Of a stretch of 57,607 nt of DNA, positions 47,021 through 55,901 are shown in pieces (the first letter of the stretch is position 1; each line of letters opens with the position of its first letter). Source of the stretch: Nitrospinota bacterium (GTDB lineage Bacteria > Nitrospinota > Nitrospinia > UBA9942); the NCBI GenBank assembly GCA_016234205.1, contig JACRGN010000300.1, positions 1-57,607 on the forward strand, in the 5' to 3' direction. The notes beneath the pieces were generated by a model. The model was not told where the DNA came from. It was given only the letters and a program-made list of their open reading frames with translations, and made no database searches. The position numbers and the translations under genes are program-made.

Positions 47021-48352
47021 TCATTTCAGTTTAATCTCTTTTTTCCACAATAGATAGCTTGATTCACTACTATTTTTCCGAGCCTGTTCAATCTCCTTTC
47101 TTTTTATTCCAATGTTATCCCCTTTTAACATATTGCTAAAAAATTCATTATAAAACTTATCAGAATAGACCCAGACCTCAAATACGAGTTTGTCGCCACT
47201 GAGCTTAGATTGCTTCGTCGCTTCGCTCCTCGCAATGACACTTTTGCTTTTTCTGTCATTGCGAGCCGAAGGCGAAGCAATCTCAATATTGGGGTTATAA
47301 TCAAACTCAAAGCTCTTCTGCGGTGCAATCCTTGTATCAAAAATCTCTGTATCGAGGTCAAGATTTACCTTCCTGCCTATAAATGATTCCTTTTCGGAAG
47401 AGTGAATAGTTTTACCCTTCTTATCCATCATAAATCCCTTTACAATAACTAATGGGGTAACATAGGTAGGGAAGAAATGTCCAACACCACTATTAGTGAT
47501 AACAAGTTTTGCCCCTTTCGTATTTGGAATCACCTCAATACTGATTCCACCTCTAACCATCTCAGGGTCGTGGATACCTTTCCAGAGATGTTGTCTATCA
47601 GGCATATGACAACTCTGACAGGTTATGTCATTTTCCCCATAGAAACTATCCTTCCATTCCCTGTATGTATTTGTAAGGACCTTGCCATTTAATTCGTATC
47701 CTTCATCCATCTGGTGACATGCCGCACAGAATTCAGCCTTTTCAAAAAAATCCTCCTCTATAAAGCCATTGTGAGGTATTTGCCTTTCACTTCTGTCTTC
47801 TGTCCCTTCGGCTTTGCTCAGGGCAGGCTTCTGTCTTCTGTCTTCTGTTCTTGGAGGCGGCCCATATACTTTCCCCTCCCTCAAATGACAAACACTACAA
47901 CTGACTCCTGAAAGCTTAAGTTTGTTATCAAAAAATTGGTTTTTAATGTAGTTACTTGCCCCTTGCCCTTCCCCCTTAATAAAGGGGGATTGAGGGGGTT
48001 GTCCCCTTGCCTCTGTCTTTACTTCTGATTGTTCCATCATAGGTGCATGACAATAATAACATGATACTGCAGTTTCAGAGTCATTATGAGGGTCAATCTG
48101 ACTCAAAAGCCCGGGTCCTACCGCTTTACTATGGAGAGACCCCTTCCAGCCTTTGTATTGTTCCTTATGACATTCTCCACAGTCTTCAGGGTGGAAAGAC
48201 AATGAAAGTTCGGAGTTGGAATTTGGAATTTGCAAAGGGATGGGTCTTTCCCAATATTCTGATGAAGATAAAAATTCCTCTCCCCCATTTGCATCGGAGG
48301 AGAGGATTATCAGACTACAACTTATAAAAACAAGAGCTATTTTTTTCCGCAC
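47021..48352 (-). CDS. Periplasmic pentahaem cytochrome c carrying three in-frame repeat inserts
   Basis: Five CxxCH motifs (CGECH, CYYCH, CSVCH, CAACH, CQSCH); GTG 48352 gives signal peptide MRKKIALVFISCSLIILS and overlaps the upstream gene end. Confidence 0.8.
   Translation of the reverse strand: MRKKIALVFISCSLIILSSDANGGEEFLSSSEYWERPIPLQIPNSNSELSLSFHPEDCGECHKEQYKGWKGSLHSKAVGPGLLSQIDPHNDSETAVSCYYCHAPMMEQSEVKTEARGQPPQSPFIKGEGQGASNYIKNQFFDNKLKLSGVSCSVCHLREGKVYGPPPRTEDRRQKPALSKAEGTEDRSERQIPHNGFIEEDFFEKAEFCAACHQMDEGYELNGKVLTNTYREWKDSFYGENDITCQSCHMPDRQHLWKGIHDPEMVRGGISIEVIPNTKGAKLVITNSGVGHFFPTYVTPLVIVKGFMMDKKGKTIHSSEKESFIGRKVNLDLDTEIFDTRIAPQKSFEFDYNPNIEIASPSARNDRKSKSVIARSEATKQSKLSGDKLVFEVWVYSDKFYNEFFSNMLKGDNIGIKRKEIEQARKNSSESSYLLWKKEIKLK
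47208..47283. repeat. Complete 'cattgcgag' palindrome in-frame in the cytochrome gene
   Basis: gattgcttcgtcgcttcgctcctcgcaatgac...gtcattgcgagccgaaggcgaagcaatc, translated IEIASPSARNDRKSKSVIARSEATKQSKL. Confidence 0.85.
47788..47850. repeat. 'cttctgt' word repeat in-frame in the cytochrome gene
   Basis: cacttctgtcttctgtcccttcggctttgctcagggcaggcttctgtcttctgtcttctgttc, translated TEDRRQKPALSKAEGTEDRSE. Confidence 0.75.
47957..48010. repeat. 'PLxKGG' palindrome in-frame in the cytochrome gene
   Basis: tgccccttgcccttcccccttaataaagggggattgagggggttgtcccctt, translated RGQPPQSPFIKGEGQG. Confidence 0.85.
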
Positions 48353-48867
48353 GGATTTTTCATCCCGCAAGGGTGCTTCATACCGCACGGATGTTTCATT
48401 CCGCAGGGGTGCTTCCCAAGATGTGCTTTCAATATTTCCGACTTCTGTATCATCTCGTTTTTGGGGGCGAGCTTTTGAGCCATCTCAAAGTGTTTGGCAG
48501 CTTCTTCATGTTTACCCTGTTTGTCCAGAGAAAGTGCCAGATTATAGTGTGCCTCAGCAAAATTAGGGTCTGCTTTCACAGCATCTGCAAAATGTTTTGC
48601 CGCAACATCCCAATGTCCCTCTTTAAAATGGCTTATACCATCTACATTGAAATGACATGCCTCTGGTTTTACATCCTTCGGACATACAAGGGCGCCAGCA
48701 ACACCGCATGGATTCTTCATCCCGCAGGGATTTTTAGCACCACAGGGATTCTTTGCTGCACATGGGTTTTTGCCGCAGGGATTCTTTTCCTTTGCCTGAA
48801 CATCACTAAAACCCCATGATACAATCAATGATACCGCCAATAAAACCCTTAAAATCATCTTATACAT
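48337..48867 (-). CDS. Secreted TPR protein flanked by KNPCG / KHPCG heptad Cys repeats
   Basis: ATG 48867 with GGAGG RBS; signal peptide; N-terminal KNPCGKNPCAAKNPCGAKNPCGMKNPCG; central TPR (AEAHYNLALSLDKQGKHEEA); C-terminal KHPCGMKHPCGMKHPCGMKNPCGKK. Confidence 0.72.
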   Translation of the reverse strand: MYKMILRVLLAVSLIVSWGFSDVQAKEKNPCGKNPCAAKNPCGAKNPCGMKNPCGVAGALVCPKDVKPEACHFNVDGISHFKEGHWDVAAKHFADAVKADPNFAEAHYNLALSLDKQGKHEEAAKHFEMAQKLAPKNEMIQKSEILKAHLGKHPCGMKHPCGMKHPCGMKNPCGKK

Positions 48868-49174
48868 ATTTTCCTCCCTCAATAAAAGTGTCAGTAACAG
48901 TTTACACCTTAATTCATAATTCATAATTCATAATTCTTAATTCTTTTTTCTCACCCCCCTTCCTTTTAGGTATTAGGTAGTTAGGTTAAAACCTATAACC
49001 TATATCCTATCACAGCTTAAATTGACAGACCATATCCTACAGCACACCTGCCTGCTGATTTAGATTCCCTGCAACTTCCGAAAATTATGGCTCGTTCAGG
49101 GAACGATACTTACAGTAGCCCCCGTTCCCCGAACACACCACATTGAAATTCCCTGTACATAATTCCACGAAAAC

Positions 49175-49999
49175 TTACTTAATTCCAATAAACTTCTCTT
49201 TCACAACTGCCTGGCCTTCTGCAGATACAACCCAGTCAATAAAATCCTTAACCTCCCCATTAGGTTCACCCTTTGTGATTAGATAGAGGGGACGCGAAAT
49301 GGGATAGCCGTTGTTATTTGTTACTGGAATCTGGCCATTAACCCTGATTTTTGTAACGGATTTGTTTCCTCCTATGATGGCTAAACTCAACTGCCCGATT
49401 CCACCTTTATCGGATGAGACCTTATCTATAATAGCCGGGTCGGGCCTGACAGTTTCTATATTTTTCCCGCTATAATCTTCCCCTCCGAGCACAATCTTGG
49501 CAAAAACCTTTCTGGTTGCGGATTGAGGGTTGACTATATAAACTGTAACGGGAAGATCTGGTCCGCCAACATCTTTCCAGTTTGTAATCTTGCCTGTAAA
49601 GATTCCTTTTAATTGAGCAAAGGAGAGGTCTGATACTGGATTGGCGGGGTTTACCAGAACTCCTATAGCATCCCTTCCTATTAAAACCTCTTTCACCCCT
49701 TTTGCAAGTATCTCAGGTTTTACATCCCTCGCAACTCCACCAATATCGGCTTTTCCTACTACAGTGGCATTTTCCCCGCCGTCGCTTTCAGGCGCTGTGT
49801 CTATCTTGAAAGTGGACTTATTATACACCTTTGCAGCATCTTTTATAAATTCGCCGACAGTTGACGAACCCACATAAGTAATTTCTCCTGCAAGAACAAG
49901 GGAAGGCACTGCAATAAACAAAACCGCTAAAAAAACTATACACAATTCCCCGATTAAAACTTTCGGGGACAGGCTTGATGAATTAATCTTTTTTTTCAT
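49175..49999 (-). CDS. Periplasmic PstS-like (PBP_like_2) anion-binding protein
   Basis: Signal anchor, GSSTVGEF, RPDPAII..GGIG, NGYPISRPLY motifs of phosphate-binding-protein family. Confidence 0.72.
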   Translation of the reverse strand: MKKKINSSSLSPKVLIGELCIVFLAVLFIAVPSLVLAGEITYVGSSTVGEFIKDAAKVYNKSTFKIDTAPESDGGENATVVGKADIGGVARDVKPEILAKGVKEVLIGRDAIGVLVNPANPVSDLSFAQLKGIFTGKITNWKDVGGPDLPVTVYIVNPQSATRKVFAKIVLGGEDYSGKNIETVRPDPAIIDKVSSDKGGIGQLSLAIIGGNKSVTKIRVNGQIPVTNNNGYPISRPLYLITKGEPNGEVKDFIDWVVSAEGQAVVKEKFIGIK

Positions 50000-50152
50000 A
50001 ACAACCCCCTTTATCCCCCTTTATTAAGGGGGATAAACTCTCAGCAGGTCTAAAGACCTATCTCTACAGCATAAACAACCCTTCTCTCTCCCCTCCCCAC
50101 TATTGGGGATAGAAATACATTAAATGTACAAGGAATTTCACACATCACCTCC

Positions 50153-51646
50153 TTAAACTTTGAATTTTGAAAGCATCGTCTGCAGCTCTGATGCAAGTCT
50201 TGATAAATTGTTAGAGGCATCTGCTATATGATTGGAACTATTGGCAGTCTCCTTAGTTGTATTTGCTATATCCTGTATATCCTTGCTTATCTGGTCAATG
50301 GCTGCAGATTCTTCTTCCGATGCCGCTGCTATCTGCTGAATCATGCCTGTCAGCCTGTCTGCATTTGATACTATCTCCACCAGGGCGCCCCCTGCATCCT
50401 TTGTAAGCCTTACCTTGTCTTCTACTTCGGTGGTTACTACATCCATTGACATGACCGCCTTATTTGTCTCCTCCTGTATGGCATGTATCATCCCGCCGAT
50501 TTCCTTTGTCGCCTTTGTCGTCTTTTCTGCAAGCTTCCTGACTTCATCTGCTACTACTGCAAAACCACGGCCATGCTCACCTGCCCTTGCCGCCTCTATT
50601 GCTGCATTTAAGGCAAGGAGATTCGTCTGGTCTGCTATATCGTCTATTACCTTTATGATTTCCCCTATCTCGCCTGAACGGATGCCAAGCTTTTTTATAA
50701 GTGATGCCGATTCTTTCACTGCCCCTGTAATGTCATCCATCCCGCTAACTGTCTTTTCAACAATATCTTTGCCATTCTGTGCAATCTTGTTTGCATTCTT
50801 TGAAGCCTCCGATGCGCCTGATGCATTTTTGGCAACCTCAATAACTGTTGAGCTCATCTCTCCGGATGAGGATGCAACCTGAGCAGTCTTTTCTGTCTGA
50901 CTCTTAGCGCCCTTAGCAATCTGTACGGCTGATGCACTGAGATTTTCCGATGCCGATGCTACCTTTAATGCAGTCTGGCTGATCTGGACTATCATGTCAT
51001 GAACCTTTCCGATAAAGGTATTGAACCAGTTTGCCAGCTCTCCAATTTCATCCCTTGACATAGATGCTATCTTTTTCGTCAAATCCCCTTCACCTGAAGC
51101 AATATCCTTTAACATCTCTACAACCCTATTTATAGGAGAGGAGACAAAACGGTGGACAAGAAAGATAATTCCTATGATGAGTAAAATTGTGGATACTGCG
51201 ATAACGGAGACAACAGTAACAATACCCCTCTTTAACTCATCTGCAAGCTTTTCCTTGCTATACCCCATCTTCAAAAAACCTACCATTTTCCCAACATCAT
51301 TCTTTATCTCCCTTTCATAAATTAACAGTTGAGAGGTATCGGGAGGCTCCTTTACACTGTTGGTAATAGGCTGCCTTTTTTCGTCGTAAAACATGGTAAA
51401 CACCACCTCGGGGTCTTTGGCTGTCTCTTTGACAAATTTTTCCAGTGTGGAAAAATCAAAGCTTGCATAAAAGGTGGGGCTGATCTCTTTTAGCAGATTA
51501 GCCTGTGCATTTCCCTTTGAGGCCATACTATTGCCGATTGATACACTGCTGTTTCTGACCATGACTATTCCCATAGACACAAACAGGATGACCACGAGGA
51601 GCAGAGTAGGAATCAATAATTTTTTAGCAATTGAGTTAAAAAGCAT
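50153..51646 (-). CDS. Methyl-accepting chemotaxis protein (two TM, small periplasmic domain, HAMP, MA domain)
   Basis: [38 protein letters not shown] signalling-hairpin signature. Confidence 0.93.
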   Translation of the reverse strand: MLFNSIAKKLLIPTLLLVVILFVSMGIVMVRNSSVSIGNSMASKGNAQANLLKEISPTFYASFDFSTLEKFVKETAKDPEVVFTMFYDEKRQPITNSVKEPPDTSQLLIYEREIKNDVGKMVGFLKMGYSKEKLADELKRGIVTVVSVIAVSTILLIIGIIFLVHRFVSSPINRVVEMLKDIASGEGDLTKKIASMSRDEIGELANWFNTFIGKVHDMIVQISQTALKVASASENLSASAVQIAKGAKSQTEKTAQVASSSGEMSSTVIEVAKNASGASEASKNANKIAQNGKDIVEKTVSGMDDITGAVKESASLIKKLGIRSGEIGEIIKVIDDIADQTNLLALNAAIEAARAGEHGRGFAVVADEVRKLAEKTTKATKEIGGMIHAIQEETNKAVMSMDVVTTEVEDKVRLTKDAGGALVEIVSNADRLTGMIQQIAAASEEESAAIDQISKDIQDIANTTKETANSSNHIADASNNLSRLASELQTMLSKFKV

Positions 51647-51672
51647 ATTTTAATGTTTCAATAAGTCCCCCC

Positions 51673-52263
51673 TCACCCCTCCCTCTCCCCTGTGGGGAGA
51701 GGAGGGTTAGTGTAAAGGGTTAATTGCACCATCTTTAACCTCTCCAAATGCCCCTGACTATCACTATATAAACTGGCAATGACATCTTTCAAATCTGAAT
51801 CCTGTAGATGATGTAAGACACTAAATTTCTCTACTAATGTATCTTCTATCTCTGCAGCTACCTTTATTGCAGATGAAATGGAGAGGACTTCCTTATCAAT
51901 ACCGGCATGCAAGCTATTTAACTTCTGCAGCAAAACTTTTAGTGTTTCTATATCCAAACACTCAGGCAATAAGAATAATTCTCTGTGTCTATCTGATAAT
52001 AATCCTAATGCCATGATAATTTTTGCATGTCTAATCTCATCTCCTGCCATTCCTGCCCATAAGGAGGCAATATCTTCATCACTCATAAATCTTCCATGAA
52101 ACGACAGATATATCTCTGCTGTCTTCAGCTCTATTTCAAAGAATAGATTCAGGATATTATCCAGTTCATCCGACACAATTTTATGAAGAAAAAAACCTAT
52201 AAAACCACAGAAGATGGACACGGATAAATAAAATAATGGGACACAGAGTTCACAGATGGACAC
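51673..52263 (-). CDS. Hypothetical helical protein with a weak ferritin/rubrerythrin-like ExxH motif (start uncertain; both ends run into repeats)
   Basis: GDEIRHAK motif; N-terminal ~25 aa and C-terminal NPPLPTGEREG are encoded by repeat DNA. Confidence 0.4.
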   Translation of the reverse strand: MSICELCVPLFYLSVSIFCGFIGFFLHKIVSDELDNILNLFFEIELKTAEIYLSFHGRFMSDEDIASLWAGMAGDEIRHAKIIMALGLLSDRHRELFLLPECLDIETLKVLLQKLNSLHAGIDKEVLSISSAIKVAAEIEDTLVEKFSVLHHLQDSDLKDVIASLYSDSQGHLERLKMVQLTLYTNPPLPTGEREG

Positions 52264-52358
52264 GGATAAATAAAATTAAAATTCTTTATCCTGATTTTTC
52301 TGTGTTTATCTGTGTCCAAATTTATTTCTTATCTCTGTGTTCTCTGTGAACTCTGTGG
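52204..52358. repeat. ctgtg-word inverted repeat followed by an orphan TTTTATAATTTCC box (52364-52376)
   Basis: accacagaagatggacacggataaat...gggacacagagttcacagatggacacggat ... ctgtgtttatctgtgtcc...ctctgtgttctctgtgaactctgtgg. Confidence 0.8.
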
Positions 52359-52375
52359 CAAATTTTTATAATTTC

Positions 52376-52564
52376 CTAAAAAGAATCACCCTCTATCTTA
52401 GTTATAGTTATTTCCGATGGCGTTTTATACCCTGTAATTGCCTGATGTAGTTTAGATTTATCTTCAGCAGAAAGAACCCTTGCCGCTTCAAAATACTTTT
52501 CTATTTGGACATTCTTATCCATTAAACCTTCAAGATATATTCTGGCTGCCTCTTCTCTGGTCAT
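52376..52564 (-). CDS. Hypothetical 62-aa protein
   Basis: ORF only. Confidence 0.3.
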   Translation of the reverse strand: MTREEAARIYLEGLMDKNVQIEKYFEAARVLSAEDKSKLHQAITGYKTPSEITITKIEGDSF

Positions 52565-52580
52565 GATAATGTAATTATAT

Positions 52581-52695
52581 ATCCGCAGATTTCGCAGATT
52601 ATCGCAGATTTTTTAAGATATTGTTTCATTGTTTCATGGTTTTAACAATGGAACAATGTGTATATTAATCTGTGTAATCTGTGTAATCTGCGGAT
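52581..52695. repeat. Nested element: cgcagat/atctg arms around a ttgtttcat/aacaatg hairpin
   Basis: atccgcagatttcgcagattatcgcagatt ... ttgtttcattgtttcatgg...aacaatggaacaatg ... aatctgtgtaatctgtgtaatctgcggat. Confidence 0.85.
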
Positions 52696-52698
52696 TAA

Positions 52699-54324
52699 TC
52701 AAACCTTTGTTCCATTGATCTTCCTTACAAGCAAGACCTCTCCAAACCCCAACCCTATAATACCAAGAAAGGTGTAGAGATAGACTTTTGATGGAACAGG
52801 TGTTTCCATAATGACATAATGCCATGAGGAAAGGCTCATAAGCTTACCATGCTCACCATTGGAACCGTCCCATACATTAAGGGAGAATGGGATGAACTTC
52901 CCCTTTTTAAACTGGATATCCCCTTCATCTTTTGTCAGGAGGGGTCTTTTCATAATAACCTTCCATACCCCGCCGCTATACACACCCTTCCCTTTAACAT
53001 CCTGTAATGCCTGAATCTCAAGGGGTTCATCAGGACCCACTGCATTTGTATCTTCAACGGCAGGTTTTCCCTCCTCTTGCAAATCGGCTTTCCAAATCCA
53101 TAGATTCACAGGGTTACTGCTATCCCCCCTGAAAAAGTGGGGCTTTTCTGTCCCCTCCTGTAACTCTACAGGAAACTGAAGCGCTATGGAATCCCTGAAG
53201 GTCTCCAGCTTTCCGGGGACCATCTTAACGGGGTTTACATAGGAGTTATAACTGGCCGTTCCAAGTAAGGGTGTGACATCTGCCTCCATCTCCTTCTTAT
53301 GAAGGACATCCTTGAACGGGTCATCCCACTCTATAAGGAAGGCTATCTCATTTTCATTATACAGCGCCCTCACTGTTGCCATATCTACACTGTGGTTCTG
53401 CCAGCGGGGGGCAGCAATAACACTTCCCCCCAGCCTTATATCTATATAAGACGCCTTTTGCCACTCAGGGCTATTCACATCTTCAGGTAAATCACCTTTA
53501 ACAGGCACAGCCTTCAATACCTGCTCCTCCCTGGGGTTCTTCTGGAGTGATTTTATAAAGTTAGCCAGATGCCAGCGCTCTTCCTCTTTCAGGGTATCAA
53601 TAAAAGAGGGCATTGGTGTGCCGTTGATACCTGTAGAAAATCTCATGAATATATCCTCTGGCTCTGAACCTGCCTTTATCTTCCATGGCTGGGTTACATT
53701 CCTGATACGGATTGGGAAACCCCAGTCATCCTTTTTGTCTAATGTCTTCTGCCCATCACCCTTGCCGCCCTTTCCATGACATTCCCAGCACTTTGCCCTT
53801 TCAAAAATCTCCTTACCTTTTGCAACACTCTCCTCTGAGTATGGTATCTTCTGCATTGATGGGGTTACAATCTTTTTGTAAGGGTCCAGCTCCGGGTTGG
53901 AGAACTCCTGGGCAAAGGTTTGAATATAGTATATGACCTGCCACCTCTCCTCCTCTGTCAACCCATTTTTGATAACCTCATTGTCAAATGCCTGCATTGC
54001 TGTCCCCTTCAACCCACGGCTGATGGTCCTGAAGAGGTTCTCATCTATTGGGAGCTCGCCGCTCTGTGTGGTTCTGAATTTAAATGTCCCCGGGGTAAAG
54101 TCCCTTGGACGGGGAGACAAAAATTGCGCCGCAGGACCATTACCATCACCAAGGAGTCCATGACAGAAGCTGCATCTTTTAAAAAATGTGAGCTTACCCT
54201 TTTCTATTGCCTCAGGAGTCTTTGGAAGTTTGGGTTTGGTAGGTGTATCCCCGGCATAAGCCACAGTAAGCAGTGAGCAGTAAACAGTAAGCAGTAAAAC
54301 ACAAGACAAAAAAACTCTTTTCAT
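52699..54324 (-). CDS. Dihaem cytochrome c fused to an EB_dh (ethylbenzene-dehydrogenase gamma / NxrC-like haem-binding) domain
   Basis: ATG 54324 with GGGAGGG RBS; signal peptide; CSFCHG and CWECHG; C-terminal domain with IAFLIEWDD, DSIALQFP, NLWIWKA, FSLNVWDGSNGEHG pattern. Confidence 0.8.
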   Translation of the reverse strand: MKRVFLSCVLLLTVYCSLLTVAYAGDTPTKPKLPKTPEAIEKGKLTFFKRCSFCHGLLGDGNGPAAQFLSPRPRDFTPGTFKFRTTQSGELPIDENLFRTISRGLKGTAMQAFDNEVIKNGLTEEERWQVIYYIQTFAQEFSNPELDPYKKIVTPSMQKIPYSEESVAKGKEIFERAKCWECHGKGGKGDGQKTLDKKDDWGFPIRIRNVTQPWKIKAGSEPEDIFMRFSTGINGTPMPSFIDTLKEEERWHLANFIKSLQKNPREEQVLKAVPVKGDLPEDVNSPEWQKASYIDIRLGGSVIAAPRWQNHSVDMATVRALYNENEIAFLIEWDDPFKDVLHKKEMEADVTPLLGTASYNSYVNPVKMVPGKLETFRDSIALQFPVELQEGTEKPHFFRGDSSNPVNLWIWKADLQEEGKPAVEDTNAVGPDEPLEIQALQDVKGKGVYSGGVWKVIMKRPLLTKDEGDIQFKKGKFIPFSLNVWDGSNGEHGKLMSLSSWHYVIMETPVPSKVYLYTFLGIIGLGFGEVLLVRKINGTKV

Positions 54325-54340
54325 TATTCCCTCCCTTTTA

Positions 54341-54403
54341 AGCAATGAGCAACGAGCAACGAGTTTTTTTTTACTCATTGCTTTTCACTCATTTCTCATT
54401 GCT
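54341..54403. repeat. 'gcaatgag/ctcattgc' inverted word repeat
   Basis: agcaatgagcaacgagcaacgag-T9-actcattgcttttcactcatttctcattgct. Confidence 0.8.
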
Positions 54404-54544
54404 ATTTTTTTACATCCCTGCCTTTTCTTTCACTTCATCCATTATCTTTAAAGTAATTTCTTTTGCATAGCTAACAATAGATTGTCTCGCCATGGACTGC
54501 ACAAATGCTGGTATTCTTTTAAATCTCTCCTCTGCCTCATTTGT

Positions 54545-54763
54545 TCATGTAATATCTTCTCCAAACGATTTAGTTGGTTTTATATCAACACCAATATTCA
54601 ATCCCAATGTCTTAACCATCTGTGTCTCCTGTGGATTTGTAATCATTGCAATTTGATTGTTACATTTTGAACAGCTAAATATAATATCTACAGAATCTCC
54701 TTTGGAATCATCTGTATTCATAAGCTTCATGTATTCATTACATCTGATACATAGAAATTTCAT
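54545..54763 (-). CDS. Small zinc-ribbon-like protein (CxxC...CxxC)
   Basis: 72 aa; CIRC and CSKC pairs 25 aa apart; sits between two cytochrome genes. Confidence 0.45.
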   Translation of the reverse strand: MKFLCIRCNEYMKLMNTDDSKGDSVDIIFSCSKCNNQIAMITNPQETQMVKTLGLNIGVDIKPTKSFGEDIT

Positions 54764-54874
54764 AATCTTTATCCCCTACTTTGCCTCATGCTTCTCTGTG
54801 AGAACTCTGCCCTTGACTATGATTATCAATCATTGTCATAGGGCTCTGTGGTTTTATTTAATGCATTTTTTGGG

Positions 54875-55885
54875 TTAATATTTCTTTTCCTCATGTTTCT
54901 CTGGCTCCCTCGGACCCTTTTGGGCAAGGTCATATTCAGCCAGAATTATCCTCCACCTGTATTCCTCTGGTAAATCGGTCTTCCATACAGGCATTGCAGA
55001 GTCCCATGGGGTTGCCTCTACCGGCAAACCCCGTCCCCCCTCTGTAACCCTCCAGAAGGTGTATCCCTCTACGATGGTGTCAATGGTACCGGTGTCTGTA
55101 AAGTTTATGGGTCTCAGCTTAAAACCATCAGCCATTGGTCCATCCCCTGCAGTGCTATCGCCGTGGCAGGGTCTGCAGTTCATTGCAAAGAGGGCACGAC
55201 CCTCAAAGAGGTATTTCTCAATAAGCGCTGCCCTTCCCCTCTCCCTGCTTATATTCCCTGTTTTAAGCTCTTTCAAAAGGGTCTGCACCGGCTCGGTAGG
55301 GATAAATCCAAGGATATGACTATCAGGGTTCTTCCCCTTCCACCTTTCCACATCTTCCTTTACCTGAGGGATAAACTCCACATGGCTTGATTTAACCTCT
55401 TCTATAAACTTATCCACATCGGCATCCGCTGGATTCCTTAATGGATTCTTCAATGTCTCATTCGCCTTTGGAAAGTTGCTGGATGGATGCTGAATCCTGA
55501 GGGCAGTGGGGGTGCTGACCTTTGGCGCCGTAGAGCTGTATATATTGAAGCCAAATATTAACGGTATAATGGTCAGTGTAATCAGTCGTGTCTTATTACC
55601 ATACTCCCCTTTTAATAATTTCAGTATCGGGGCTAAAAACTCCTGCAGTCTTACTTCTGATGATGTTATGTATATGAACATAACTATTGTTGTTAATACC
55701 ATGAAGATTATCATCAATGCCCCAGGGACAGGAAAGGGGAACCCCATGCCTGTTATCTTCCTCGTCACGAATGGTATACCCATTTTGACTATTAGATAGA
55801 TGATGATAATGGTTATAACTGTGCTGATAAATTGACCTGTCCCCTGTTTAAAGCTTACAGGGGCAAGCTTTTTTTCTTTGTTCAT
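54875..55885 (-). CDS. Membrane-anchored monohaem cytochrome c
   Basis: Three N-terminal TM helices; CRPCHG; downstream SAMPVW Met-ligand region. Confidence 0.75.
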   Translation of the reverse strand: MNKEKKLAPVSFKQGTGQFISTVITIIIIYLIVKMGIPFVTRKITGMGFPFPVPGALMIIFMVLTTIVMFIYITSSEVRLQEFLAPILKLLKGEYGNKTRLITLTIIPLIFGFNIYSSTAPKVSTPTALRIQHPSSNFPKANETLKNPLRNPADADVDKFIEEVKSSHVEFIPQVKEDVERWKGKNPDSHILGFIPTEPVQTLLKELKTGNISRERGRAALIEKYLFEGRALFAMNCRPCHGDSTAGDGPMADGFKLRPINFTDTGTIDTIVEGYTFWRVTEGGRGLPVEATPWDSAMPVWKTDLPEEYRWRIILAEYDLAQKGPREPEKHEEKKY

Positions 55886-55901
55886 CTCTCCTCCTTTTTC
55901 T

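Noticed and set aside
10581-52695. Possibility that the abundant short repeats are CRISPR arrays
   Set aside because: The repeats occur as inverted pairs with nested structure, not as regularly spaced direct repeats with unique spacers. No cas genes are present.
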